Positions 23,601 to 36,100 of a stretch of DNA of 36,671 bases are shown here, in pieces. Position 1 is the first letter of the stretch. The number at the start of each line of letters is the position of its first letter. The notes under the pieces are model-generated. The model saw only the letters and a list, made by a program, of their open reading frames with translations. It ran no database searches and was not told where the DNA came from. A program made the translations under genes and the position numbers. Origin of the DNA: Catajapyx aquilonaris (lineage: Eukaryota); assembly GCA_000934665.2 (NCBI GenBank), contig JYFJ02003902.1, positions 1 through 36,671 of the forward strand, given 5' to 3'.

Positions 23601-26600
23601 TGCCACAGCGACATTTCTAGCATCTCTTTTTTTAACATCTAATCCCACAGGTGAATCAGGCCTTGGCAAGTCAACGCTCATAAACTCCATGTTCCTGGCT
23701 GACATATACTCAGCTGAATATCCAGGGCCATCTCGCCGAGTCAAGAAGACTGTTCAGGTATGGCCAGAAAGGTCACCCCCCATTTTTTTTTTTTTGGTCT
23801 GTGGGTGGAGTGGGCTGGGACCTACCCCAGATTTTAATCGGCTTTGCGAAGCAGAACATGCAACGATGCCTAATTACTGCCTTTTGTTGCCATCCAGGTG
23901 GAAACTTGTAAGGTGTTGCTGAAGGAGAACGGAGTTAATCTCAACCTAACCGTGGTGGACACGCCTGGGTTTGGTGATGCTGTTGACAACAGCAATTGGT
24001 AGCTATTTTTAGTGTTAACTACTTTTTTTCTCAACTAAATAAATGACAAGAATTATATTGGGATGACTTGAATGTTAATGGTGCATATGTTTTATTTAAT
24101 TAATGTATTCATAACTTGATGCAAAACACTGCAAAGAAATTCATTGGTGGTTGTTCAACTCATTGCAATATTATGACTATTAGGCTATGTAACAGCTTGG
24201 CTCGCTGCAATGTGTAGCTGAGTTTCAAAGCATTGCATATGTACTTCCCCTTTTTAAAAGGCTGCTATTTGTTAGCACTCAGTTGGCAACTTTCCCACAC
24301 AGCTGGCAGCCAGTCATTGACTATATTGAGTCCAAGTATGAGGAGCACTTGAATGCTGAGTCTCGCGTCCGTCGAACCCAGCAACCTGACAGCCGTGTCC
24401 ATTGCTGCCTCTACTTTGTGTCTCCGGGGCATGGTCTGAAACCTCTCGATGTTGAATTTATGCGCAGACTTCATGACAAAGTCAACATCATTCCCATTGT
24501 GGCAAAGGCTGATACCATGATGCCTGATGAATGTGCTCATTTCAAGAAACAGGTACTGGATGGATGTGCTCTAACTCTGTGAACAATGGTCGCTAAGATA
24601 ATGGTTTTCTTCTTCCTTGAAGGTATTAAATGAAATTGCCCAACATAAGATCAAGATCTACGAGTTTCCAGACTGCGACGATCCTGAAGAAAATAAGTCA
24701 TACAAGCAGATGAAAGAGCGCGTTCCATTTGCAGTCGTGGGTTCAAATGCCATATTGGAAGTGGATGGGAGGAAAGTTAGAGGACGGCGTTACCCTTGGG
24801 GGATTGTGGAAGGTTAGTAGTTCATGACTTGAATGTAAGCATTTAGAAGTTATTATTTGCATGACAAAGGTACAGGTTGTTCATTTGCTGTTGTTTATTC
24901 CTGTACATATGGTGTCATCCTATGGTTAGTGGGGAAAATTCTTTCATAACATACCACAGATGGAAATTGTTATTTTTACTGAAACACCTGCACATCTCTG
25001 TTAGCATGCATTAGACGATTAGAGTATCAGTATTCAACCTTTTCTCTTCTGTGGGAACCGTTCTGCTTTATGCAAATATTCCAGATTCTGCAGACAGTAC
25101 TGACCAGTGATACTAGTTTTTGTAGATATGAGTGCGTTACTCTCCCATATTACTCAAGGTCTAGCCCACTTTTCAGTTTCTGATTTTATATATTGAGATT
25201 AGTGGACCAGAGAAGACAGCTGCATATTAATACCGTATTTACATATTTTCTGAACTAGAAATCAGCCGTAACCCCATGTATTATAGCAGAACCCCAAGGT
25301 TCCATGGAACACTGGTTGCAGGCCAAGGCACGGTTTAGTCTTCAATCATTTAGCTATGTTGGAGCCATTTTGATCTTTGCAATACTTGGCTTGATGCAAA
25401 GCATGATAAGCCCTTGTGGCACATTGTTTTGAACCCTTCACTGAGATCCATGAAATTATTTTAATTATTATGTTCATTTGTCAGTGACCTTTTCATTTCT
25501 AATTTTTGATATGAGAGTTATTAACCCAAGAAGAACCTCCCGTACTGATATTGGAAAATTTACCAGTGCAACCTTATGTCAAATATCTTTTGCTGGCACT
25601 TGGGACATGCCCACAAATTCCTTTGTGTTGGGGACCACTACACTACAAAATGGTTTAGTGAATGCATTTTAGATGCTTGTGAAATTTAGGTTACTGTCAT
25701 TGAATGATGATGTAACAATATTATTATCAATCCAATTACTAAAAGCATCTAAAATGAATCTTACTGCATGTCACATGAGTTTGGAACAGATGGACCAGCT
25801 TCCACCAGGCCAATTCTATTATCAGGTGTGTTCCAGTCTGCCAGTCATTCGGTTATGAGTCACATACACATAACAGCTTTAAAGTGGGTTTCCGCCGTTC
25901 CTTTGCAATAATCTGATTACACATGTCCTGCTTCCTCGTCCACAATTGATAATAATAGAATAGCCGTGAGGGAAGTGTAGTTGTTAACAAACTCCTACAA
26001 CTTGCAGCAGATGTTAACATTGAATACATTCCTCAGTTATGCAGAAAATTGTTTATGACTTATGTCAGGCTGTGTCACTGAAGAAGATTTGCTCTTGCTA
26101 ATCATTTTTGGCAAAAATTACGACTATTGTAGCCAAAAGTGAATAAAAATTAGATTTAGTGTTTAGATAACAGTCTGCTTGCAGAATGGTGCAGCCCAAC
26201 TCCAATATGATAAGACAAGAGATTACTGTGCTTCCATGTGGTTTGGAGAACTTAGTTTTGATGCTGGGGAAGGGTCAGTTGACAAAATTGTTAGCCAATA
26301 TTGTGCAGTGATGTTTGGCGAGAAAAGATTATTGTGAAAATTCATGGGATCCATTTTTTTCAGTTGAGAACACAGAGCACTGTGACTTCATTCCCCTCCG
26401 CAATCTACTGGTTCGCACCCACATGCAAGACCTGAGGGACGTTACCAACAACGTCCACTATGAGAATTACCGCTGCCGCAAGCTTGCTGGATTGGGAGAG
26501 GGTAAATCACGTCCATCTAACAAGTGAGTGTGTCTCCTAGAAATAATGCACTGATTGCTTTTTGGGATATGTTTATGATTGGCTGGCATTTAACAACAAT

Positions 26601-29600
26601 ATTGTGTGTGGGACTAACATTTATCAATTAACACTGTGTGACAAAAATATCTAACATGTCCCAGACTAGAAGGGAAGAATTGAGAAAGAGAGATTGGTGT
26701 TGCGGGTTGCAGAGTTCTGAAACTGAAGTTTCCCCGCCTTCCTCCCCCCTTCTGTAGTCTGCCACACCCCCAGGAACTCATGAACTGCTTTCTGGTGGCG
26801 TGGTGAGTCTGTTGACAAAAAAGTGATGCAGCTGCTGCTGCATGTTGCATGCTTGGGTGGGGGAGGTGGGTGGGGAAGGGAGGGAGGAGATGGGGCTAAA
26901 ATAATTGGGAGGGGAGGGATTGCTGTTGTGTTGTGCATGTCTTTGAGTACTGAGGTGCCCAATCTTCTTGGCTCATGGAACACAAAATAGTTGTGACTTA
27001 ACTGCAAGAAATTCCTTTTAACATAATAATTAGGCAGGAAGAGTAGATTGTTATATTGAGAAGGAAAATGCCAGATTGAATGCTGTGGTTTAAATTCTAA
27101 GAATGTGTTTCACATAGTACTATATTTAAAACCGCTCATGACAAAAGCAACAGCTAATAAAAATGATTTGAGATGAGTTGGGTGATCCTTTCCTGAACGT
27201 CCATTACACTTGTGCAAATTTTGCTGTAGGATTCGCATTTGGAGTGCATGACAGGTCAGGGATTACGCAGGACTAAAGCGCATTTGAATAGTGCTCTGGT
27301 TCATTAGTCTGTCCTGAAATTAATGATAGCATTGTTTTACGCTGATCTTTGACTGCAGTTATGACCATGGGCTACAGGTTGGGCACTGTTGCTTTAGTGC
27401 AAGTCATTGGTACAGAAATCTCAAGTACTGTATTTAAGGAGTTGACATTTTCACTCTTATCAACAGCCCTGTACAAAGGGTGCTTTTAAAATTCTTGATT
27501 TCAATCTAAATTTTAACTGTGGCTAGTAAGGTGATCTTCTCCCCGGCACATTTCAGTACACTAACAAAACTTTCTGCTAGCAGCTATTGCAGCATAATGC
27601 ATGCAAGCATTTTTAATGTTGGCCAGTCTGCTTGTTTGGACACCATAACAGTAATAACTGGACTGGTTTTGAGACATTTTTGATGCCACAGGAATCCACT
27701 AGCCCAGATGGAAGAAGAGAAACGCGAGCATGAAACCAAGATGAAGAAGATGGAGACTGAAATGGAACAGGTGTTTGAGATGAAGGTGAAGGAGAAGCGC
27801 CAGAAGCTCAAGGACTCTGAGTTTGATGTAAGCCTTCCTGGGAATACTATGTCACCAGAAAAACTGACCTCTGCAATATGATTTCAGTTGCAACGACGCC
27901 ATGAACAAATGAAGAAGGCATTGGAACAACAGCAGCGAGAGATGGAAGAGAAGCGTCGTGCTTTTGAGGCTGAGAAAGGATCCTGGGAGACAACAAGTGG
28001 GGTGACAATTGAGGATTTGCGCAGGAGGAGTCTAGAGGCCAATTCCAAGGAGTAAGTACCAGATTTCAGAGTATGGGAATTATAGTGAAAGAGAAGGGGG
28101 CTTGTGTACATGTGAAGGGCTTGTGAACCATCCTTTTAACCTCAGCGACGAGCCCGAGGAGCGTCTCAGGCCACCTGTTAAGCTCCCGCCCATTGCTCCG
28201 TCAGCCGTGGTAGATCGCCAAGGCAGCAGCCTTGATGTGGGTGACCTGGAAGAATGGTTGTCTGGTCCCTTTTAAATGAGCTCTGCATATGAGGAGTATC
28301 TAGCAATGTACGGTAGAATCCCAAGCATTTCAATAAAGAGTTGGTCCCAGCCTCAAATTTTGAATAGTGCACCACAAATCTTGAAACACAGGAGTGCAGA
28401 TGTGCCTTCGCTAGTTTTCTTCAAGCTGCATGCCAGGCTCAGTAATGTCAGTTCATTAAAATTTTGACCTATTTGGTGCACGCGACTGAGGAACCAACTC
28501 CCAAGGGACACATCAATTGCTGCCACTTTGGTGACCTTTCACCTGACATTTTGGGTTGTGAGGTGGATTGAGGGTGTGGTTGAGTGTTGGTGGGTGGGGA
28601 CATGGTAGGAAATGAGGCAAAGTAATGGGTGAGGTGATGGCTTCTCTTCTAAAATGAGACAAGTGCAACCACAAAAGAGAAAAATGCAGGCCTGAGATAC
28701 AAAAAACTTCTACCCCTCCCGCCTTCCGTCCTCCCACCCTCCCACTTCCTACAGGACCCTCTCGATGGCATCTCGCTCTTCCTTGGACTCACAACGCTCC
28801 TCGGGCTCAGAGGCAGATGCCCGAAGAGGACTGCTTGCATCTTTGCGACGATCGCTCTCCACTGTGCGACCCCGCCCCACCTAAACAAACAACAAAGACA
28901 GCTTCCTAAATAATCTTCTGCATCCCAGCAATTGTTTGCTTTATTATTTATGATCACTTTTTTTTACAACTTTTGCTACTCATTTTTTTACACCTTCATT
29001 TATTGTTAATGTTGCTCTTAAACAGTATTGTTTGTCACCAGGAATAAAATAATTTTAGGTTAGATCTGACCTCCCCCACCATTGTTTTCGTGGAATGCAT
29101 GAGATTATTTTTCTTTCTTGTATAATCCTGGTATCATCCTTTTATGTTGATGTACAGTATATTGTTTTTTGTTGTAATGTTGAGTCATTTGCTCACTGTG
29201 CAATCAAAAATTGCTTCCACATAGTACACAAACACAATGAATGCTTGTAGGAAAAATTGTTAACCCAACTGGGAACATATCGTTGATGTTTTTCAAAGGA
29301 ATCTTGTGATAACATTGGTGCCTCTGCCTTATACTTCAGGGTAGAATAAGAGCTTCGAGTTGCGTAATCATTGCAAACAATAGCTCTTTGCTGCCTTACT
29401 ATCAGTGCAACTTTGGCTTTAATGTGATGCAAATACTCTATTTTCTACTCCCACTTCACACTTGTTCAGCCTATGCACATGTCGCACATCACCCTACCTT
29501 CCTATCTCCCAAACCCATAGAACACACGTGACGGAAACACCTGCCCACATAAAGCCCCCCTCTACCCTCTCTCAAGGCTCCAATGCATGAGGTACTCTGC

Positions 29601-29790
29601 AAGGTTTTGCACGATGGGGGCATACCTATCCAGGAGGAGGATAGGCCTGACCTGTGTAGTGTGTTTCTGAATTGAGGAGAAAAAGAATACAAGTAGTAGG
29701 GTAGGTTTGAGGAAGCATGGCTCTTTTGTTTCCCTTGACAGGCAAGTGGATGGAAAGACCAAGGACAAGAAGAAGAAGGGGTTGTTCTGA
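14683..29790 (+). CDS. SEPT7: Septin-7 / peanut GTPase, multi-exon with alternative N- and C-termini
   Basis: Core exons 21815-22123, 22994-23129, 23651-23757, 23898-23998, 24303-24552, 24623-24812, 26364-26523, 27692-27827, 27888-28051 and 29742-29790 are all in phase. Motifs: [58 protein letters not shown] coiled coil, KKKKGLF*. The first exon 14683-14721 ([19 protein letters not shown]) is less certain than the core. Confidence 0.93.
15961..15981 (+). CDS. SEPT7: Putative 21-nt septin microexon (ISSLGDT)
   Basis: Long polypyrimidine tract (about 15916-15945), CAG acceptor and CG|GTGAGT donor. Phase 0/0, fitting between exons ending 14721 and starting 21815. Confidence 0.65.
17221..17286. 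repeat. 30-bp tandem repeat, about 2.2 copies
   Basis: CGCAACTTGCGCTCTCTTGCGAACGTCGCC / TGCAACTTGCGCTATCTTGCGTACGTTGCC / CGCAAC. Confidence 0.8.
19297..19656 (+). CDS. SEPT7: Alternative septin first coding exon (120 aa, low complexity plus [18 protein letters not shown])
   Basis: ATG at 19297 opens a GC-rich ORF ending at GGG|GTGAGC in phase 0, compatible with the 21815 acceptor. A CpG-rich promoter-like region precedes it. Confidence 0.75.
23215..23369. mobile_element. MITE, Tc1/mariner-pogo (Tigger)-like, in septin intron
   Basis: Terminal inverted repeats CAGTAAAACCTC (23215-23226) and GAGGTTTACTG (23359-23369). Internal direct repeat of about 45 nt, TCAAGGGACCG...GGGATAG.ATTAT, at 23237-23281 and 23311-23355. 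The TA target-site duplication is not intact. Confidence 0.7.
26758..26802 (+). CDS. SEPT7: Putative 45-nt septin cassette exon ([16 protein letters not shown])
   Basis: Pyrimidine tract plus TAG acceptor and TG|GTGAGT donor. Phase 2/2, stop-free, located between the GTPase domain and the coiled coil. Confidence 0.72.
28146..28275 (+). CDS. SEPT7: Putative septin alternative terminal exon A
   Basis: TTTTAACCTCAG acceptor. Phase-2 [52 protein letters not shown] at 28332-28337. Confidence 0.55.
28755..28884 (+). CDS. SEPT7: Putative septin alternative terminal exon B
   Basis: C/T tract plus ACAG acceptor. Phase-2 [52 protein letters not shown] at 29043-29048 after an AT-rich UTR-like stretch. 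Confidence 0.68.
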
Positions 29791-31727
29791 GAAGCTGTGC
29801 TCAAGCCCACTGCCAGACAGACGACCAACAATTGTCTCCTCCCCTTTCCCCCCACATTGTATGCGCTCATTGTGACACCCCCCCCCCCCGCCCTCCACGT
29901 TGAGAGTACATGTTGTGAGTGTGAGTGTGCGTGAGAGTACATGTGGGCAGGTTTTTCTGCCACCTCCCAACAACCCTCTTGTCAAACTTTGGCCCTAACT
30001 AGTGTACAGAGTCCATTTTTATTCCTACCCTTCACTCAAGTATATTTATGGCAAGAAGCAAAGATACATGTTGTCTGCACTTGTACTTCCCTGTTGGTTC
30101 TTCCTTTTTTGATTCAATCAGGCTGCATTGTGGACTTTTGATATGTTGCTACAAGTAAAAAAAACGAATGGACATTGACAATGTGAATTTATTTACCTCC
30201 CTCCTGCCCTGATCGGCAGAGGAGGAAAAAAAAAAGGCAACGACTTTAGTTGTGAATGAAACCTGCTCCCTTTTTTTTTATTTGTAAATAAATGCGTTTT
30301 GTAATGTGTGCTCAATGTGGTTATTTTTGTTATAACCCCTCAACTCTTTCCTGAGCCTCTATTTTGAGAGGCTGAGGTTGAGAGGAAGGGGAAAAGTTTA
30401 TTTAGAACCCAAATAGCTGACAAGCTTGACATTGACACCGAAGTTCCTTGTGGACATTCCACATGGCCTGTGCTCACTGTCAAGTAATGTAGCTGGTATT
30501 GAAGCTGCCAAAAACTGCAAGGGATGTGATGAACTGAAACTAATTCAGTGGGTTTACAGATGCTGTCAAAGTTATGGTATAAGATACATGCATGGGAAAA
30601 ACAGATTGCAATTTCAGGGTGGTTCTGGCAAAGACTTGATTAGGGGATAAGTGGTATGACCTGGAGTCGACAGCCACCTACCCTTTCATTATTTTTACCT
30701 TGACGCTTGACCAATGTGAATGCTTATTGCCAAGAATTCTTTTTAGGTGAGAGGATCCCTGGACTCCATGCTGCAACAGCTTGCGTCACAGATTACCGAT
30801 TGTTAGGAAGGTGGTGCAAGGGGTTGTATTGGTTATGTGACTAGCGTCAGCCTTCATCTGGAAAAGTACTGCACAGCAACAATGAGAAAGCTCATGACTG
30901 ATGTTGCACACTTGTAGTGATCTCTCCAATACCCAAGTTGTAGGTATGGTGATATTAGTTGTACATGTACTATACTCCCTTGTACCATATACTGCACCTA
31001 TAGCTGACAATGCTGACATGTGCAGAATATCAGTCCAGTTAGGAAATTCTGAAAGAGGAAGGGCATGCCCCACCCTTTGTCATTTGTTGTACTCTGATGA
31101 AAGTAAGGGCTGACCAAGATCTGACTGGTCAGATAAGAATAAAAAACACTGGGAGGAGTCCTCCCATCTGAGTCAAGTTATTCCCTATTGCCACAAGCCA
31201 AATCGAATCTCTTCGGACCAATCCATCTGGTCAGAAATCCTTATTGATGTTTGATTTGGTCAGAGTTCTAGTATTTATTTGAGGGATCATATCGGGGTTT
31301 TCCCCCGGAGAAAACTACAGTTCGTATCTAAAGGGTATGAGATGGATCATTTTTTGAAGTGGGCAGTCTGTCAAAAAAAGAAAGAAAAAAAAAAGAAAAA
31401 CCATTCGGCCAGACTTATCCTGGCTGTATGCAACCATCATCACTAGTGTTCTTTCGACAGCGAATTTGATGGTTACATCGTGCTAGGATGACCATCCTCA
31501 TCCTAGGCGCCCACAGGGGGGTATGAACCCACCGCATCTTCCGCCCCAGATTCGCAAGGAGGTCCAAATCCTCAGAAATCATTTTGACAACCCCTTCTCC
31601 CGATAGGCCATGGGGATGCAGCAGCAGCCATGCGCCTTGAGGAGGAAAAGGATGATGCGATCAGGTAATGGGTGTGGGAGTGCGTGTGAGGGAATAAAAG
31701 ACGCGTGCGCTATGAGAGGAGCTGGAG

Positions 31728-31815
31728 TATATAGGTGACCCCACCTCTCTCTCTCTCTTTGGTCTCTCTCCCTCCCCTCCCCAGCACAGCAGCAGTCTCT
31801 CTCTCTCTCCCTCTC
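31728..31815 (+). promoter_or_regulatory. Candidate alpha-catulin core promoter: TATA-like box followed by (CT)n/GAGA tracts
   Basis: TATATAG at 31728-31734 and CT repeats at about 31746-31815, upstream of a GC-rich leader. Confidence 0.4.
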
Positions 31816-32161
31816 TTTACACCCCTCCACGCCCCTCTTTTTGCGTGTAGCGCTGGCGCCGTGCCAGCTGGCCGTGGGAAAAGGGGAGGGGGGCTGTTCA
31901 GTCGCCGGCCGGGCGGTTGGGTGGGAGGGGGAAACGTCGCTGCCGTCGCCGACATCATACACACACACTCGTCGGTCTGGTCGGTGGGACACTTCTCTTC
32001 GCGGCAGAAGCAGCAGCCTCCCGCCCCTCCCACGCCTGGCTCGGTCCAGAGAGGGGGGGAGGGGGTGGTAGCAACAGCAGACGGACCCGTGTTCCGCCCA
32101 GGGTCTCGCCCGGGGTCTCGCGCCGGTGGTCCTCCACTCCCGGCATGCCGTGCGGGCCAAG

Positions 32162-32248
32162 ATGGCGTCGCCGGCCCGTCTGGACCCCGCTACTCTCGAG
32201 ATCAAGACCAAGTCCATCGAGCAAACTCTCCTTCCGCTCGTACGACAG
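32162..32248 (+). CDS. CTNNAL1: Alpha-catulin (vinculin/alpha-catenin family) first coding exon; gene continues beyond the window
   Basis: MASPARLDPATLEIKTKSIEQTLLPLVRQ|GTGAGT matches the alpha-catulin N-terminal LEIKT.S.EQTL.PLV.Q motif. No second coding exon was recognised up to 36671. Confidence 0.82.
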
Positions 32249-33135
32249 GTGAGTTTACACCCACCCCACGAAAACTCTCCGAAGAAAATATTCGGGGTGG
32301 GTTGAGGTGCACACCCGGGATAGGGGAGGGGGTGGGTGGGCCAAGAGGGCGCCACCCCCCCTCAAACTGCCGACTTGTTGCTCCCACCCAGCTGTGGGGG
32401 GGGTGCGAAAATCCGGCGACCTACATCGAGGCTACACGATCGACTAATCCTGATCGAATCATACACAGTTAACACTCCCGCCAAAAATGTGGCTCCCACT
32501 TTGCCCAAAAATAGTCCCAAGTGGTGTACAATCTGAAAATTAAATAATCATGCAACTGCCCCGTATGTCAGCCTAGGACCAAAAACTAAATTGCGAATTT
32601 AACAATTTTGCACACCGATTAGTTTCACCTCGAAAATACAAAAGTGCACAAAAAAAAATGTCGACCATTTCGCAACCCCCCCCCCTGTTTCCATCGACCT
32701 GGCAGATCGATGTCCGGTTTCAACGCAAGCGCCCCTACCCGCCCCTCCGAGCCAGCCAGCCCTGCCCCACCCCTGATGCAAAAGACCGGCGTCTGCGATC
32801 GTCGTAGGCATCCCCAGCGTCGTTCGTCGCGCGCACGGGTCCGGATAGACGTGTACCCTCCCCCTACCTCTCTACCTATCTACCTACCCCTTTTTCCTGC
32901 TGCTGGTCCAGGGATTGTTTCTCTGTGCCCACCCCACCTCTGCCCCCTGCCCTACTGGGAGACGCATACCTCCCACGGACGCTGCGGTGCATCCCATTCG
33001 ACCCCCTAGACCTCTGCAGGGTCAGGTCAGTCAGGTCATTGTGTGCGCCATGGTTGGGTTTGTCGTGGATCTAAAGGTTTAGTCGCGCTGGGTCGTGCCG
33101 GGGTTTGCGCTGCCGACGCCCCCGACGCCACCCCC

Positions 33136-33159
33136 ATGGCCTCCTACGCCGAGCGCCAG
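33136..33159 (+). CDS. Putative alternative first exon of alpha-catulin (MASYAERQ)
   Basis: CCATGG start and consensus CAG|GTGAGT donor, in the same phase 0 as exon 32162-32248, within a GC-rich island. Confidence 0.45.
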
Positions 33160-36100
33160 GTGAGTCCGGCATAAAACCACACCCTGTACTTTCGCCCGTG
33201 ACCTCTCTCCCTATCCCTGCGTCGCCCTCTAACAAAGCCGGCCCCCAAACACAAACTGCGGTTTCAACCTCTCAACTTTTCCAGATTTATTTTTGCAGGT
33301 GGCTCAGGCTGCGTGCCAAAAATTCCGCATTTACTACAGCGTACGATTTTTTTGTTGTTGTTTGCTGTAAGGTGCGGGATTACACGCCTTCACTGGTGTC
33401 ATTCAACAAGTCGGGTATGGGTGCGGGTGTTTCCATATAAAAAATGCGTGTCACGCGACTGGATTGTGCGCTGCTTGCGAATGTACGCGGGACGAAGAAA
33501 AAAGCCGGGTCTATATCCAGCCAGGTCTGAATTTCATATGTGGGTGGGCTGTGACATTTGTCATTTGGTTGTAACGGATATGACAGGTGCATGAGATACG
33601 TTTCATAGTTAGAGGGCTTGTATTGTGCATGTATATTCTGGATTAAACAAACAACATTAATTAAGTTTGATTAACTTTGTGCATGAATAACGTAACATGT
33701 CCATCAAATAGACTGCAGTACCGTTCAATTATTTTTGCACTTTCTAAATTGCTTGCCTTTATTGAATCGCCCTGCAGCATGTGAATTACTCCGAGCACGA
33801 GTGCACACGGCCAAAATTGTCAATCTAAAAAGGCGTCAAAACGTGACTGAGTTTGACAACTTGAGTCCAGAGGCCAATCACAACCATGCCTGCTCCGATG
33901 GACAATTCTGACCCGTCTGGCATATTGCTTTGCATCGATAAAATGCGCTTTTCCTGGAACGAGGACAGTGCTCCAGGCATTGAACGAGTACTGCACAGTG
34001 TTTTCAATCGTAACCTCGGTACAGTGTATGGATTTCGATGGTGTCGCTTGGCTTTGGCACTGTTTTTTGTGACCGTGCGTGATGTATTATTGAATTGTAA
34101 TCACGGTCTGCCCAAAAGAGCGGGTCTGCCCGAGACAACAGAAACCGGTTGTCGTTTTAATTTGTCAAGCTCGCAGATCCCCTTGCTGTGTAGTTTTAAT
34201 TTTTATGCAGTATTTACTTGACAAATTTGTATGCATCCTCTACAGCTCGCCTGCCTGTCCCTACTGAATAAGCTGGCCAAAAAGCGAGTCATCTACTTGT
34301 ATATTTAAATTCTTGTGCATAATTCAAAAAGGCGCATTTTTAAAAGTCTCCTTCCCGTCAGTTCCTTGCCCTGCAGCTGACAATCCGCAAAAACCATGAC
34401 TTTGAATTCTAGGTGTACGTGCTCACAACTGCTGATCGCGTGACGAATAATAGGCTAATGGAACTTGCTTGTTTTGAAAATTTAGGCACTTATCACACTT
34501 TGCCAGCTCGATCGTTATACAACGGGTTTTACCTATACGGAACTTGTGACGTCAGGTCCTTAATCCGAATTCCAATGTTTTGCACGATGTTGCACTCCTA
34601 CTGTATCTACTCTTCTGGAATGAAGTATTGGTTTGCATACCGGATACTGTGTAATGGGCCTCGCTTGCACTATGCAGGCCTTCACCTGTCTGAGGAAGAC
34701 ACGATGATAATAAGGGTGTAATAAATTACTCAAACGCGTCAGGGGGGGAGTGGGGGGGGGGGAAATTCTGAAATTGCACAACCGGTCTTGACACCTTTAT
34801 TTAGGCGGAAACGTGTCATGAAAGTAGTGGCATGTAACTTCGCGTGTGACAGATAAGCAAATTGACGTCCCGAGGGAATACCCTCCATTCCGGAATTTAA
34901 GTGCCCGAAAGCGGCTTTGGATAAGGACAGGCTTTCGAATCACCCTGTAAGCCCCGCGGATTTAAATGCTGCAAAACCTAGTATAAATCAAGACCAGTTT
35001 ATACAGGTGTGTGAACGACAGATCCGCACCCTCCGTAAGACATATCGGGTGCCTTTCTCGAGTGTTTACAACTCCTGGCGATGGAACCGGTCTGAGATCA
35101 ATGTTGGGCACAAATCCAGCATAGAAGACTAATCGAGTGCCAACGAACCACGTTTTTGGTGGTCAACGCCTCCACTTTTTGGGTGCGCTTGTACTTAAAA
35201 GGTCACATCCCGCCCGGCCGTCCCTTATATTAAAGTTGACTCCATAAAAATATATAAGAAGCGAATAATGAATGCAAATTCCACACAGGCGCCTTATGCC
35301 CCTGGCGCCATATTGAACCATGCGACGAGCCTCTTCCCAGCAGCAGACCCTCCCACCTCTCACCCTCCCTCAGCAGCTTTCCAATCCCCAAAACTCCCCC
35401 ACCCTACTTCTCCCGGGACTTGTGGGGGGCATATGACAAGATGGATACCCGGTACCGTATAAAGGAAGGTCCGGGACCATCAACGACGCCAGTGACGTCA
35501 AGGAAGTGACGTCGTACCCCCCATTGCTGCTGGCCCACCTTTACTGCTCCCCCCACCTCATTCGGCAGCACGCAATTATTACATGCGCCAACTCGAGCTG
35601 CCAAGAGCGGCTTGAAACGGTGCCAAGTGCACTGGGTATAAAATATTCCCACACCGACACTTATCAGCCTAACCAACCTGCACTTATACAGTATGTAGCA
35701 GGTGCCCCCGGAGTTAAACGGATGCCGAAACACATCTGGCTAAGTAGAGTCGGAGTCTAGATATGCGGCCTTTATAGAGTGTTTTCCCGCCATGATGTCA
35801 CGCACGATCCGTCACCATGCAGTGTTTCGCAATGATTCAGACACACTATCTCAGTAACGAAGCTGCAAGACCAAAATTATAATCCTGAGATTCCCACAAG
35901 TTATCCTTAGAAGATTGTCCGCATCATTACGAAACACTGAACACTGCATAACATGACGTGCCGAGCAATGGTCGTGCAATCCGCAGATTAACGTTGCTAT
36001 TCGACTCTAACGAAGCGACGCGATTTATGGCGGCAACCCGCAACAGGGGTGATCGATGGCATAAATGTTGATGGAAGGGTTTTGGGATTAACAGTTTGGG

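Noticed and set aside
31094..31150. CTGATGA as a hammerhead ribozyme core (also at 23164)
   Set aside because: No stem II followed by GAAA, and no consistent stems I/III.
31579..32472. Long ORFs of 258 aa (-) and 245 aa (+)
   Set aside because: They are low-complexity translations of a GC/CT-rich promoter. The real coding frame is the 29-codon catulin exon.
33299..33370. Acceptor-like TTTTTGCAG as catulin exon 2
   Set aside because: The in-phase translation has no catulin similarity and reaches a stop.
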